IMG/VR virus record: IMGVR_UViG_3300020043_004017
Coordinates: 1 to 36,323 of that record
Strand: one strand, 5' to 3'
From: a virus
Taxonomy: Duplodnaviria; Caudoviricetes
DNA: 36,323 nt
In this document: positions 19,741 through 27,682 of the stretch, in pieces
Layout: the number at the start of each line of letters is the position of its first letter
Position numbering within the stretch: the first letter of the stretch is position 1
Position numbers and translations under genes: made by a program
The notes under the pieces: model-generated
Told to the model about the DNA's origin: nothing
Seen by the model: only the letters and a program-made list of their open reading frames with translations
The model's database searches: none

Positions 19741-20081
19741 GCTTACAACCACAAACATACAACTTGCCAGATCACTACAGAGGTTCGACATTGTCACCTC
19801 TAACTATTAAGTTTAATTTTCCAATCACAGGAGCGACTATAATTTCTCAAATAAAAGCTCAAAGCGGGTCAAGTGTTATTCACGAATGGAAAACAGGCGT
19901 AAATATCACGGTTGTAAATGCTACAACAGGAGAAATTGTGCTACAGCAAAAAGACCTATTCGCCCCTGCTGCTGGTAACTATGTTTATGATTTACAAATT
20001 AATTTTTCAGAAGGCACAAGCCAAACTTATTTGAAAGGTAGTCTTAAAGTAATCCAAGATATAACAGTTCCTACGGCATGA
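19737..20081 (+). CDS. BppU-like / fibre adaptor Ig-fold protein
   Basis: ITGATI..Q, GNYVYDLQI, TYLKG...V..DIT. Confidence 0.7.
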   Translation: MSLQPQTYNLPDHYRGSTLSPLTIKFNFPITGATIISQIKAQSGSSVIHEWKTGVNITVVNATTGEIVLQQKDLFAPAAGNYVYDLQINFSEGTSQTYLKGSLKVIQDITVPTA

Positions 20082-20698
20082 TAGAAATTACTCAAATAAC
20101 GCAAGAGGTAAACTTAGCAGTTGAAGAAACTACAAACCTTATTAATATTGAGGTTGTAGAAACTTCGACACCTGTTAATATTGAAGTTGCTGAAACAGGA
20201 TTGCAGGGATTGAAAGGGGATAAAGGAGAGCAAGGAATACAAGGTGTTCAGGGCATTCAAGGAATACAGGGCATTCAAGGTGTTGCAGGTACAAATGGGA
20301 TTGATGGCGAAAAAGGAGATAAGGGTGATACAGGAGCAATAGGATTACAAGGCTTAAAGGGTGATAAAGGAGAAGCAGGTGACGTTGGTCCACAGGGATT
20401 GCAAGGAATACAAGGATTGAAAGGCGATACAGGAGAAACAGGCGCACAAGGTATTCAAGGAATAAAAGGCGATACTGGAACAGCAGGTACGAACGGAACA
20501 AATGGAAGTCAAGGTATTCAAGGAGAAACTGGAGCAACAGGGGCGCAAGGAATACAGGGGGTGCAAGGAATAAAAGGAGACGATGGAAATACAAACGTAT
20601 TTATTCAACAAACTGACCCAGCATTGTCTCAAGATTATGTTTGGTTTGAAATAGACGGCTCAGGAAATTTAACAACAATGTGGATTAATACTATATAA
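20078..20698 (+). CDS. Collagen-like fibre protein
   Basis: Long uninterrupted Gly-X-Y tract. Confidence 0.9.
   Translation: MIEITQITQEVNLAVEETTNLINIEVVETSTPVNIEVAETGLQGLKGDKGEQGIQGVQGIQGIQGIQGVAGTNGIDGEKGDKGDTGAIGLQGLKGDKGEAGDVGPQGLQGIQGLKGDTGETGAQGIQGIKGDTGTAGTNGTNGSQGIQGETGATGAQGIQGVQGIKGDDGNTNVFIQQTDPALSQDYVWFEIDGSGNLTTMWINTI
20198..20587 (+). repeat. 9-nt-period Gly-X-Y coding repeats
   Basis: Repeated caagga/ggaata/aaaggc units. Confidence 0.85.
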
Positions 20699-20700
20699 TT

Positions 20701-22125
20701 ATGCCTTTACAAAACGCTTTTGGAAATTTAGCAACTGAAGCTAAACAAGATTCAATAATAAATAAATTACCATTGCCTTTAACAGATATGCCAACGGTAA
20801 ATACTCCATCTATTCCAGTTAGGACTTCACCACAGAAATATATCGATTGTTCTTTTTCGGGTGTTGGCTCTGGATTGCTTACTACTGATTTTACTCAAAT
20901 TGCAGCAGGTTCAGGAATGACAGTTTCGCAATCAGGGGGCAACTTAGTAATACTTTCGGGAACTACTGCAAACGCTGAATTTGTTGCAAGAGGTACGGCT
21001 TATGCAAATCTTGCATTAACTTTAAAAGCAGTTATAACATTGTCTCAAAGAATTATAAACAATAACTTCTTTATTGAATTAGTTGATGTTATCGGGGATG
21101 CTCTGCCTTATACAATAGTCAATACTACAACTGTAGACGTTACCAAAACAGCACACGGATTTACTGCTCAAAACGTAGGGCAAAGAATGGATTTGTGCGC
21201 TTTGTCGAGCGTTGGCGTTCCAATGGAAGGCGTGATAGCTTCTATTCCAGATGCTAATACTATAAGATTTACAGTAGCAGGTTATCCTGCAAGTGGTTCA
21301 GGAACTTTGTCATTGACAGGTTATAATAAAATAGAAGTGCTTTATAACGGTACAACCGCAACAAACACATCTTTTAATACTCGAAGAAAAGGTTGGCAAA
21401 ATACAGCAGCTACAGCAACGATAAACACAACCGCATCGGGTCATTTAGTTTCTGTAAATTCTGAAAATGGAGTTAGCTCTTTAGCTGATAAAACACTTGC
21501 AGCAGCTAATGCTTTGGTTGACCGTACAAGTTGGGATACAAATATTCCACAACCCGAAGTTAATTTATATACTCAAATCAGAGTAAAAAACGGAACAACA
21601 AACCCTGCAAGTACAACCACTTGTACTGTTGGAATGGTACGAATTGAAGATTACATACCTAGTCAAGTTTCAATAGCCTCAACTAGACAACAATCCTTAA
21701 ACGTTTCGCAAGCTGTAAAAGTAATAAGCGCACCCACAACAGCAGTTTCAGGCTCTTTAACAAGCGCAGGGACAACAACTAACACACCTGTAACGCCTAC
21801 AGCATCGATAGTTAGTTCAGCAGCTACAACAAATGGAACAGTTGTAAAAGCTTCGGCAGGGACATTGTATTCAATTACAGTAAGTTCAACACGTGGCACG
21901 ACTTGTTATTTAAAGTTTCATAATTCGGCAAGTGTAACAGCAGGTACAACGGCAGTAGCTTTGACAATTGCAGTGCCTACAAATTCAACTGTAACTGTAC
22001 CATTTGGAGCTATAGGAATGCGTTTTGGAACAGGGATTTGCTTATCTATTACAGGAGCATCGGCAGACAATGACACTACGGCAATAGGTGCGAATGAAGT
22101 GAAAGTATTAACGGCTTATATCTAA
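20701..22125 (+). CDS. Thr/Ser-rich virion fibre / receptor-binding protein
   Basis: ATEAKQD N-terminal motif, beta-rich body, VKASAG.LY...G.RF.TGI C-terminal domain. Confidence 0.65.
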   Translation: MPLQNAFGNLATEAKQDSIINKLPLPLTDMPTVNTPSIPVRTSPQKYIDCSFSGVGSGLLTTDFTQIAAGSGMTVSQSGGNLVILSGTTANAEFVARGTAYANLALTLKAVITLSQRIINNNFFIELVDVIGDALPYTIVNTTTVDVTKTAHGFTAQNVGQRMDLCALSSVGVPMEGVIASIPDANTIRFTVAGYPASGSGTLSLTGYNKIEVLYNGTTATNTSFNTRRKGWQNTAATATINTTASGHLVSVNSENGVSSLADKTLAAANALVDRTSWDTNIPQPEVNLYTQIRVKNGTTNPASTTTCTVGMVRIEDYIPSQVSIASTRQQSLNVSQAVKVISAPTTAVSGSLTSAGTTTNTPVTPTASIVSSAATTNGTVVKASAGTLYSITVSSTRGTTCYLKFHNSASVTAGTTAVALTIAVPTNSTVTVPFGAIGMRFGTGICLSITGASADNDTTAIGANEVKVLTAYI

Positions 22126-22129
22126 AATT

Positions 22130-22555
22130 ATGATCCGAAAACACTCTTTAGAATTAGCTGTTATTTTAGCGATGATTATTTTGCTATTTTTGGCTTATGG
22201 TTGCGGTGGAACTCGTCAAGTTGCAACAGAAAAGCACGAAGAAATAACAATTGAAAACAGCTATTCAGAAGGTTCAAAGATTGTATTAGGAAACACTTTT
22301 ACCTATACACCATTTGATGCGATTAAACCAATGAAAATTGAGGGCAAAGAGTATATAAATGCAATTGTTAAGAGTGATAAAAGTAAAACGGTTACTAAAT
22401 GGAATGATAGAAATATCACAAAAACAATCACAATTGAAAAAACTAAACAAACAACCCGAGAGGATAACACTTGGCTATACATCGGATTGTTTGCTGTTTT
22501 AGTTTTAGGTATTTTGGCTTGGTTTAAATTACCGAGTTTTAGAAAGGACATTTAA
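22130..22555 (+). CDS. Unimolecular spanin-like lipoprotein
   Basis: Lipobox LAYG-C plus C-terminal TM helix. Confidence 0.7.
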   Translation: MIRKHSLELAVILAMIILLFLAYGCGGTRQVATEKHEEITIENSYSEGSKIVLGNTFTYTPFDAIKPMKIEGKEYINAIVKSDKSKTVTKWNDRNITKTITIEKTKQTTREDNTWLYIGLFAVLVLGILAWFKLPSFRKDI

Positions 22556-22724
22556 TCTTTTTTTGTTTTGGTATTAAATTAGCGTATTCTTTTTTTATTT
22601 TTTCAGATATTGCATCTCTCACGAATTGCCCAACATCAACATTATAAGACTTCATTTTTTGAAGAGTTTTTAGCTGTATTTCGTTAATACGGATAACCTT
22701 TGTTTTTGTTAGTGTTTTAGCCAT
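22539..22724 (-). CDS. Ribbon-helix-helix-like DNA-binding protein
   Basis: TKVIRI strand, then helices (DVGQFVRDAISEKI). Confidence 0.6.
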   Translation of the reverse strand: MAKTLTKTKVIRINEIQLKTLQKMKSYNVDVGQFVRDAISEKIKKEYANLIPKQKKIKCPF

Positions 22725-22804
22725 TTTGTAATACATTTATAGCGGTTAGTAAGTAGTTATATTCCAGCTTCGAGCAACTTTCTGGCGAAAGCTACTCTGG
22801 CTGT

Positions 22805-23005
22805 TTATTTGCGTTTCTTTTTCTTTGGTATCAAATGAGTATTCTTTTTTCTTATTTTTTTAATAGTTAAATCAGTTTGATAAAACTCAATTTTTCTATC
22901 TTGTAATTCATCAAAACTACTTAACAATCTTTCAACATCTTTTTTTACATTTTCATTTTGTGATGATGTAAGATTCCATTCTTTTCTTTCGTCAACAGGT
23001 TGCAT
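22805..23005 (-). CDS. Cassette 1 hypothetical protein, basic C-terminus
   Basis: Fills unit 22756-23049; A-rich AATTATG start context. Confidence 0.65.
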   Translation of the reverse strand: MQPVDERKEWNLTSSQNENVKKDVERLLSSFDELQDRKIEFYQTDLTIKKIRKKNTHLIPKKKKRK

Positions 23006-23040
23006 AATTTTAAATTTAATTTGTTAGTAAAAAAAGCCGA

Positions 23041-23122
23041 GAATATAACAACCACTATACAGCAGTTGCCTAATATACTAAACCGCATAGGCAACCGCAG
23101 TATAGTTTTAACGTTATACCTA
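23041..23122 (+). repeat. attC-like site 1
   Basis: GAATATAAC; arms 23054-23072 / 23088-23106 (17/19 complementary); GTTATACC. Confidence 0.7.
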
Positions 23123-23151
23123 ATACTACGATTCATCCGTAGTAATAGAAA

Positions 23152-23301
23152 TTATTTCTTTTCCATAATTCCGTAAATATCATTGTAAGCGTAATTTTCG
23201 CTAAAATAATTCAATGCTTCTACTATGTCTTCTGCATCTACTGTTGTGGTATAATAACCATACTCTGTGTGTTCATAAAACACGATAAATTCCTTTTCCA
23301 T
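23152..23301 (-). CDS. 49-aa acidic protein (cassette 2, not in ORF track)
   Basis: MEKEFIVFYEHTEYGYYTTTVDAEDIVEALNYFSENYAYNDIYGIMEKK*. Confidence 0.65.
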   Translation of the reverse strand: MEKEFIVFYEHTEYGYYTTTVDAEDIVEALNYFSENYAYNDIYGIMEKK

Positions 23302-23303
23302 AA

Positions 23304-23501
23304 TTATTTTATTATTTGTTTTAGTTTTCTGTCTAATTCGTTAATTTGTCTTATTTTATCTTCCAATGAAGCCGTTTGCTCTAAATTATGTTTATAATCT
23401 ATTTCTCTTTGCTCTTTAGTCGTCATTGTAGAACGATAAATAATACATCCTAAAATAATTCCTCCAAAAAAAGTTGCTATTAATATTTCAATTGTTATCA
23501 T
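23304..23501 (-). CDS. Small N-terminal-TM coiled-coil protein (cassette 2)
   Basis: TM helix plus heptad tail. Confidence 0.65.
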   Translation of the reverse strand: MITIEILIATFFGGIILGCIIYRSTMTTKEQREIDYKHNLEQTASLEDKIRQINELDRKLKQIIK

Positions 23502-23538
23502 AATTTTATTTTATTGTTAATATATACTTTTGCCGTAC

Positions 23539-23620
23539 TAGGTATAACAGCGGCTACCACCCACCGCCAAAATCTCGCTTGTACTTAGGCGGCAGTGGTA
23601 GCCGCAGGACGTTGGGCAAA
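23539..23620 (+). repeat. attC-like site 2
   Basis: TAGGTATAAC; perfect 11-bp arms 23550-23560 / 23595-23605 plus inner CCGCC/GGCGG; GTTGGGC. Confidence 0.7.
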
Positions 23621-23650
23621 ATGCCGAAGCATTTGCCCAACCAGCGGCAC

Positions 23651-23710
23651 TTCGCCCAACTAGCGCTTTGAGAAATACAAAGCACTTCGCAAAGCGCCGC
23701 TGGTTATGTG
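23651..23710 (+). repeat. attC-like site 3
   Basis: GCCCAAC; arms 23663-23674 / 23686-23697 (11/12); GTTATGT. Confidence 0.65.
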
Positions 23711-23715
23711 AGATA

Positions 23716-23886
23716 CTACGATTCCATGTGATTGTAGCATAATTTCATCACCCAAGCATTTTCAAATTCATACATTCCGCACACTTCACACGCTTCAATT
23801 TCGGTATCATAATAATTTATTTTACCATCTTTATCTTTCATAAAGTCCATATTCCTTAAATCGATAATAACATATTGGTTTTTCAT
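23716..23886 (-). CDS. 56-aa protein with CxxC (cassette 4, not in ORF track)
   Basis: MKNQYVIIDLRNMDFMKDKDGKINYYDTEIEACEVCGMYEFENAWVMKLCYNHMES*. Confidence 0.65.
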   Translation of the reverse strand: MKNQYVIIDLRNMDFMKDKDGKINYYDTEIEACEVCGMYEFENAWVMKLCYNHMES

Positions 23887-23957
23887 ATTTTTTCATTTGT
23901 TAATAAAACAGGCAACTACTTACAACCTCCGATTATTTTGCAATAAAAGTTTTCGAG

Positions 23958-24116
23958 TTAACGAGGGGTCACTTTTTCATTACCTGTTTTTTCAGCAAAA
24001 GCAATCCCTTTTTCTACTGCTTTAGATAAAACTTCGTCGGTTTTTGATAATTTGGATTCTTGTGCATTTATACTTAATGAAAATGCTAAAACGATTAATA
24101 AAATTACTTTTTTCAT
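23958..24116 (-). CDS. Short secreted protein, possibly truncated
   Basis: Signal peptide MKKVILLIVLAFSLSINAQ from ATG 24116. Confidence 0.5.
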   Translation of the reverse strand: MKKVILLIVLAFSLSINAQESKLSKTDEVLSKAVEKGIAFAEKTGNEKVTPR

Positions 24117-24291
24117 AATATTCAGTTTTAAAAACCCACTACATCTGCTAACACAGGTTTGCAAAAATGGCAAGTTTAGGTTTAATTTAAAGTTGTTTTT
24201 GTGTCTGTAAGATTTGTTATTACTCGAAAGTTCAGTCCTTAATTTCCCTGAACATCGGTTAGCGTCCGCCGTTGGGCAAAATGCCGAAGCA

Positions 24292-24543
24292 TTATAAATA
24301 CGAATTCAAAATTTCTGTTTTTTCTTTTTGATCTTCATAACTTAAATGTCCAAAAGTTGTAAATGTCTGCTCAATTTCCGCAAGTTTTTTTAATTGCGAT
24401 TTCATTTTTTTAACCTTAGCTAAAAGCTCCTGATTCCATTCCTGCTGCTCTTCCAATTCAGTTTGCGGAGTGCATTCTATTTCATTGATGTTTGCAGGAT
24501 TGTCATCTCTAAATGTTCCTTCAATGTAGTCGTCTGGGTTCAT
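24292..24543 (-). CDS. Hypothetical protein
   Basis: 83 aa in tightly packed minus-strand operon. Confidence 0.65.
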   Translation of the reverse strand: MNPDDYIEGTFRDDNPANINEIECTPQTELEEQQEWNQELLAKVKKMKSQLKKLAEIEQTFTTFGHLSYEDQKEKTEILNSYL

Positions 24544-24548
24544 AATTT

Positions 24549-24752
24549 CTATTGATTAAGTGATACTTTTCTAACTGCTGGAATCATTAATTCCTGGTCA
24601 TTTATGTATTTATTTTCGATCATCTTCATCCATTCATAGAATCGCTCTACATTAGAATTTACTTCTGGTGGATTAATTCCATTTCGAGACAGCGTTACTG
24701 CTAAGTTGTGTTCAAAAATTAACTTGCTGGTAAAGTTTGATGTGTTTTTCAT
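24549..24752 (-). CDS. Hypothetical protein
   Basis: Translationally coupled (4-nt overlap). Confidence 0.6.
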   Translation of the reverse strand: MKNTSNFTSKLIFEHNLAVTLSRNGINPPEVNSNVERFYEWMKMIENKYINDQELMIPAVRKVSLNQ

Positions 24753-25165
24753 AATTTCTCAAATTTAATAATTACACTCATTCCGTTTTCTTTTGCTTTT
24801 TGTTGCAAGGCTTCGATTTCTTTAGAATAGTCTGGTTTGGGTTTAAGGCGATATTCTAAATTTTTATTAGGAACATCAAACCATTCTCCATCTATTGTTC
24901 TAAATTGCATTTCGCTTGATTTCCAAACCTTCTCAACCTCAACACCACACGCTTCTAAAAATATATCAGCGTTGAATGTTTCGTAAGTTTCTTTATAGTA
25001 TGGAATTGACACTTGAATATTAGAAACTAATGCGTCATAATTAAAATCAGTAACTAAATAAGGACATTCATTAAATGAAGTTAAACTTTTAATTTCAACA
25101 GGAATCCTATCCTTAATACTATCAAACTGTTCTTGTGTGCATTTCATTGCGATTGGTCTTTTCAT
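24749..25165 (-). CDS. Hypothetical protein
   Basis: 138 aa with coupled overlaps. Confidence 0.7.
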   Translation of the reverse strand: MKRPIAMKCTQEQFDSIKDRIPVEIKSLTSFNECPYLVTDFNYDALVSNIQVSIPYYKETYETFNADIFLEACGVEVEKVWKSSEMQFRTIDGEWFDVPNKNLEYRLKPKPDYSKEIEALQQKAKENGMSVIIKFEKL

Positions 25166-25449
25166 AATTTTTCAATATTAAATGTTAATTTCATTCCTTT
25201 TTCGGCTGCTTTTTCAACAGCAAACTTAATAGCATTTTCAATTTTGCCATCGTAGAAAAACGGCAACTCGATATTATTAGCCTTCAAGATTTCTTCCATT
25301 TTTTTTAAGGTTGGCGAAAACTCTTCTGACTGCCATCTACCAATTGCAGATATAGAGATATCGTTTAATACTTGTTTTTGTTCTTTTAATTCGATTCGTT
25401 TTTGCATTAATACCTTGCAAAAGTTCTGCTGTAAACTGTATTTGTTCAT
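25162..25449 (-). CDS. Cro/CI-like HTH regulator
   Basis: ISISAIGRWQ.....PTL...EIL XRE-like pattern; first gene of divergent operon. Confidence 0.65.
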   Translation of the reverse strand: MNKYSLQQNFCKVLMQKRIELKEQKQVLNDISISAIGRWQSEEFSPTLKKMEEILKANNIELPFFYDGKIENAIKFAVEKAAEKGMKLTFNIEKL

Positions 25450-25574
25450 AGTGTTTATGTTTTAATTGTTAAGCAAAGATACACATATTTTCACGCTATA
25501 TGTAGTTTTAACATAATTTTAACATTTTTATTTATTTGTTTGATTTATCTTTGCTTCATAAAAAATCATAAACT
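25450..25574. promoter_or_regulatory. Divergent promoter region
   Basis: TATCTTTG on minus (25474-25481) and plus (25546-25553); TTTTAACAT twice in between. Confidence 0.65.
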
Positions 25575-25748
25575 ATGACAACAACAACTATCCTGCTAAT
25601 GATAGCACTTGTAATAGCCTTAATTGGCTGCTACATATTTTCACAAATGTTTTTCGATATATTCGAAGAAAACCAGAGCCTGAAGCGATCTAATTTATCG
25701 CTAAGAAATGAATTGAGAAATAGAATAATTAAAGATAAGGAAGAATGA
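25575..25748 (+). CDS. 57-aa TM + coiled-coil protein (not in ORF track)
   Basis: MTTTTILLMIALVIALIGCYIF...; TGA overlaps MTase ATG. Confidence 0.6.
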   Translation: MTTTTILLMIALVIALIGCYIFSQMFFDIFEENQSLKRSNLSLRNELRNRIIKDKEE

Positions 25749-26581
25749 AAAAAGCACAAATTTTTAATAACCATTTTCAGAATTTCAAAACATACGCTAT
25801 CCCCAAAGCACAATTAATTATAGCCGATATTCCTTATAACTTAGGCAATAATGCTTATGCAAGTAATCCTGCTTGGTATAAAGATGGAGACAATGCTAAT
25901 GGAGAGAGTGAATTAGCTGGTAAAAGTTTCTTTGATACAGACGAAGATTTCAGACCTGCTGAATTTATGCACTTTTGCAGTACAATGTTAAAGGCTGAAA
26001 CAAAAACAAAAAAAGTTGAAGGAGAAGCAAGACAAAAAGGAGACGCTCCTTGTATGATTGTTTTTTGTGCTTTTGATCAACAAATGTATTTAATTGAATT
26101 GGCAAAAAGATACGGATTGAATAACTATATAAATTTAGTTTTTCGTAAAAATTTCAGCGCACAAGTTTTAAAAGCAAATATGAAAGTTGTCGGAAATTGT
26201 GAATATGCTCTTATTTTTTACCGTGACAAATTGCCGAAATTCAGAAACAAAGGAAAAATGATTTTCAATTGTATGGACTGGCCGAGAGATAACGAAAGCG
26301 AAAAAATACACCCAACACAAAAGCCGATACCTTTATTAAAAAGATTAATTGAAATATTTACCGATGAAGGCGATGTGGTAATTGACCCTTGCGCTGGTTC
26401 AGGATCTACTTTAATAGCTGGTCAGGAATTGAAACGAAAATGTTTCGGTTTTGAAATTAAAAAACCATTTCATAAGGCTGCCGAAAACTGGATAAATGAG
26501 GAATATCAAAAACTTTCAGATATTGAGGAGTTTGGATTTGCTAAAACATTAATAAACAAAACAGAATCAACACTATTTTAA
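25745..26581 (+). CDS. Orphan N6-A/N4-C DNA methyltransferase (beta class)
   Basis: Motif IV DIPY, HPTQKP, motif I DPCAGSGST. Confidence 0.9.
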   Translation: MKKAQIFNNHFQNFKTYAIPKAQLIIADIPYNLGNNAYASNPAWYKDGDNANGESELAGKSFFDTDEDFRPAEFMHFCSTMLKAETKTKKVEGEARQKGDAPCMIVFCAFDQQMYLIELAKRYGLNNYINLVFRKNFSAQVLKANMKVVGNCEYALIFYRDKLPKFRNKGKMIFNCMDWPRDNESEKIHPTQKPIPLLKRLIEIFTDEGDVVIDPCAGSGSTLIAGQELKRKCFGFEIKKPFHKAAENWINEEYQKLSDIEEFGFAKTLINKTESTLF

Positions 26582-26583
26582 CT

Positions 26584-26835
26584 ATGAGAAATAAAAAAAC
26601 ACGTATTCAAATGCACCTCTTTTTTTGTTTGATGAACCTTCTACTCGAATGCCTCGATGAACTAAAGGTAACAAACACAAGAATGATTGAACTTAAAAAT
26701 AATCTAACTGAATTTTGTGAGTTGCTGAATGAAGATTGCAAAAATACATACACAATCCAAAAAACAACGTATTTTCAAGGATTGACAAACCAAATAAACA
26801 CGATGATGCGCAAGTGTTTTAATCCTGAAATGTAA
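26584..26835 (+). CDS. Hypothetical protein
   Basis: 83 aa in operon. Confidence 0.65.
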   Translation: MRNKKTRIQMHLFFCLMNLLLECLDELKVTNTRMIELKNNLTEFCELLNEDCKNTYTIQKTTYFQGLTNQINTMMRKCFNPEM

Positions 26836-27671
26836 TGAAAAATAAATTATATGTAATGATGTTTTCTGGCGGTAGAACTTCTGCTATTCTTGCAAAACAC
26901 ATAAAATCAAATCCTGATAAATATCCAAATGTAATTTATGTTTTTTTGAATACAGGAAAGGAAGTTGAAAAAACTTTGCAATTTGTAGATAGATGCGATA
27001 AAGAATGGGATTTAGGAGTTATATGGCTTGAGGCAAAAGTAATCAATGAAAAAGGAAAAGGAACAACTTATAAAATGGTTGATTTTAAAACCGCTTCACG
27101 AAATGGAGAACCATTTGAAGCGATGCTTAAAAAATATCCTTTACCAAATAATATGGCTTCTAATTGCACAAGAGAATTAAAACAAAGACCTATTGACGCT
27201 TATTTAAGAGATAATTACAAAGATTATGAATTAATACGAGCAATAGGAATTAGAGCAGACGAGGCGCATCGTAAAAGCATACACGCAGCATCCGAAAATA
27301 TAATTTATCCTTTATGTGACGAAATACCATTTAATGAAAGAATGGTTAGGATGTTCTGGGAAAAGCAAAGTTTTGATTTAGGATTAAAAGATTATGAGGG
27401 AAACTGTGATTTATGTTTTAAGAAGTCATTAAAAAAAAGATTGACAATTATAAAAGAAAATCCTGAAAGTGCTAAATGGTGGCTTGATATGGAACTAAAA
27501 TATAGTTCCGAAGAAATACCTAGATTTGATTTAAGAACAAATAAAAGTATTGAAGAATTAATTGAAATGGCACAAAGACCATTTACTAAAGCAGAAGATT
27601 TACACGAACTTTCAAAACAGCAATGCGATTTATTTGAATATGAAACTGATTGCTTTTGTAAAGCAACTTAA
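26835..27671 (+). CDS. PAPS-reductase-family (PP-loop) protein
   Basis: FSGGRTS, NTGKE, CTRELK, GIRADE..R, GNCDLCF, terminal CFC. Confidence 0.85.
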   Translation: MKNKLYVMMFSGGRTSAILAKHIKSNPDKYPNVIYVFLNTGKEVEKTLQFVDRCDKEWDLGVIWLEAKVINEKGKGTTYKMVDFKTASRNGEPFEAMLKKYPLPNNMASNCTRELKQRPIDAYLRDNYKDYELIRAIGIRADEAHRKSIHAASENIIYPLCDEIPFNERMVRMFWEKQSFDLGLKDYEGNCDLCFKKSLKKRLTIIKENPESAKWWLDMELKYSSEEIPRFDLRTNKSIEELIEMAQRPFTKAEDLHELSKQQCDLFEYETDCFCKAT

Positions 27672-27682
27672 AATTTAAACCA

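Larger units (their letters stand above)
22756..24293. mobile_element. Integron-like attC cassette array without integrase (CALIN-like)
   Basis: Three intact AAC..hairpin..GTT sites, complementary cassette ends, one truncated long site. Confidence 0.65.

Noticed and set aside
20198-20587. Tandem repeats as a non-coding array
   Set aside because: Explained by collagen Gly-X-Y coding
14234-22125. Diversity-generating retroelement acting on fibres
   Set aside because: No reverse transcriptase and no TR/VR pair noticed
932-22551. Antisense ORFs over structural genes (e.g. 3121-3630, 11620-11865, 16844-17176, 20175-20594)
   Set aside because: Shadows of well-supported + strand genes; no motifs
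22945-23136. 63-aa minus-strand ORF
   Set aside because: Runs through attC-like site 1 and overlaps a better ORF
23041-23710. Hairpin series as a CRISPR array or plain terminators
   Set aside because: Units differ in sequence, are gene-spaced, lack U-tracts and have AAC/GTT boundaries
25631-25813. Minus-strand 60-aa ORF
   Set aside because: Antisense to 25575-25748 and the methyltransferase
26835-27671. Complete Dnd phosphorothioation system
   Set aside because: No dndA/B/D/E-like genes in the window
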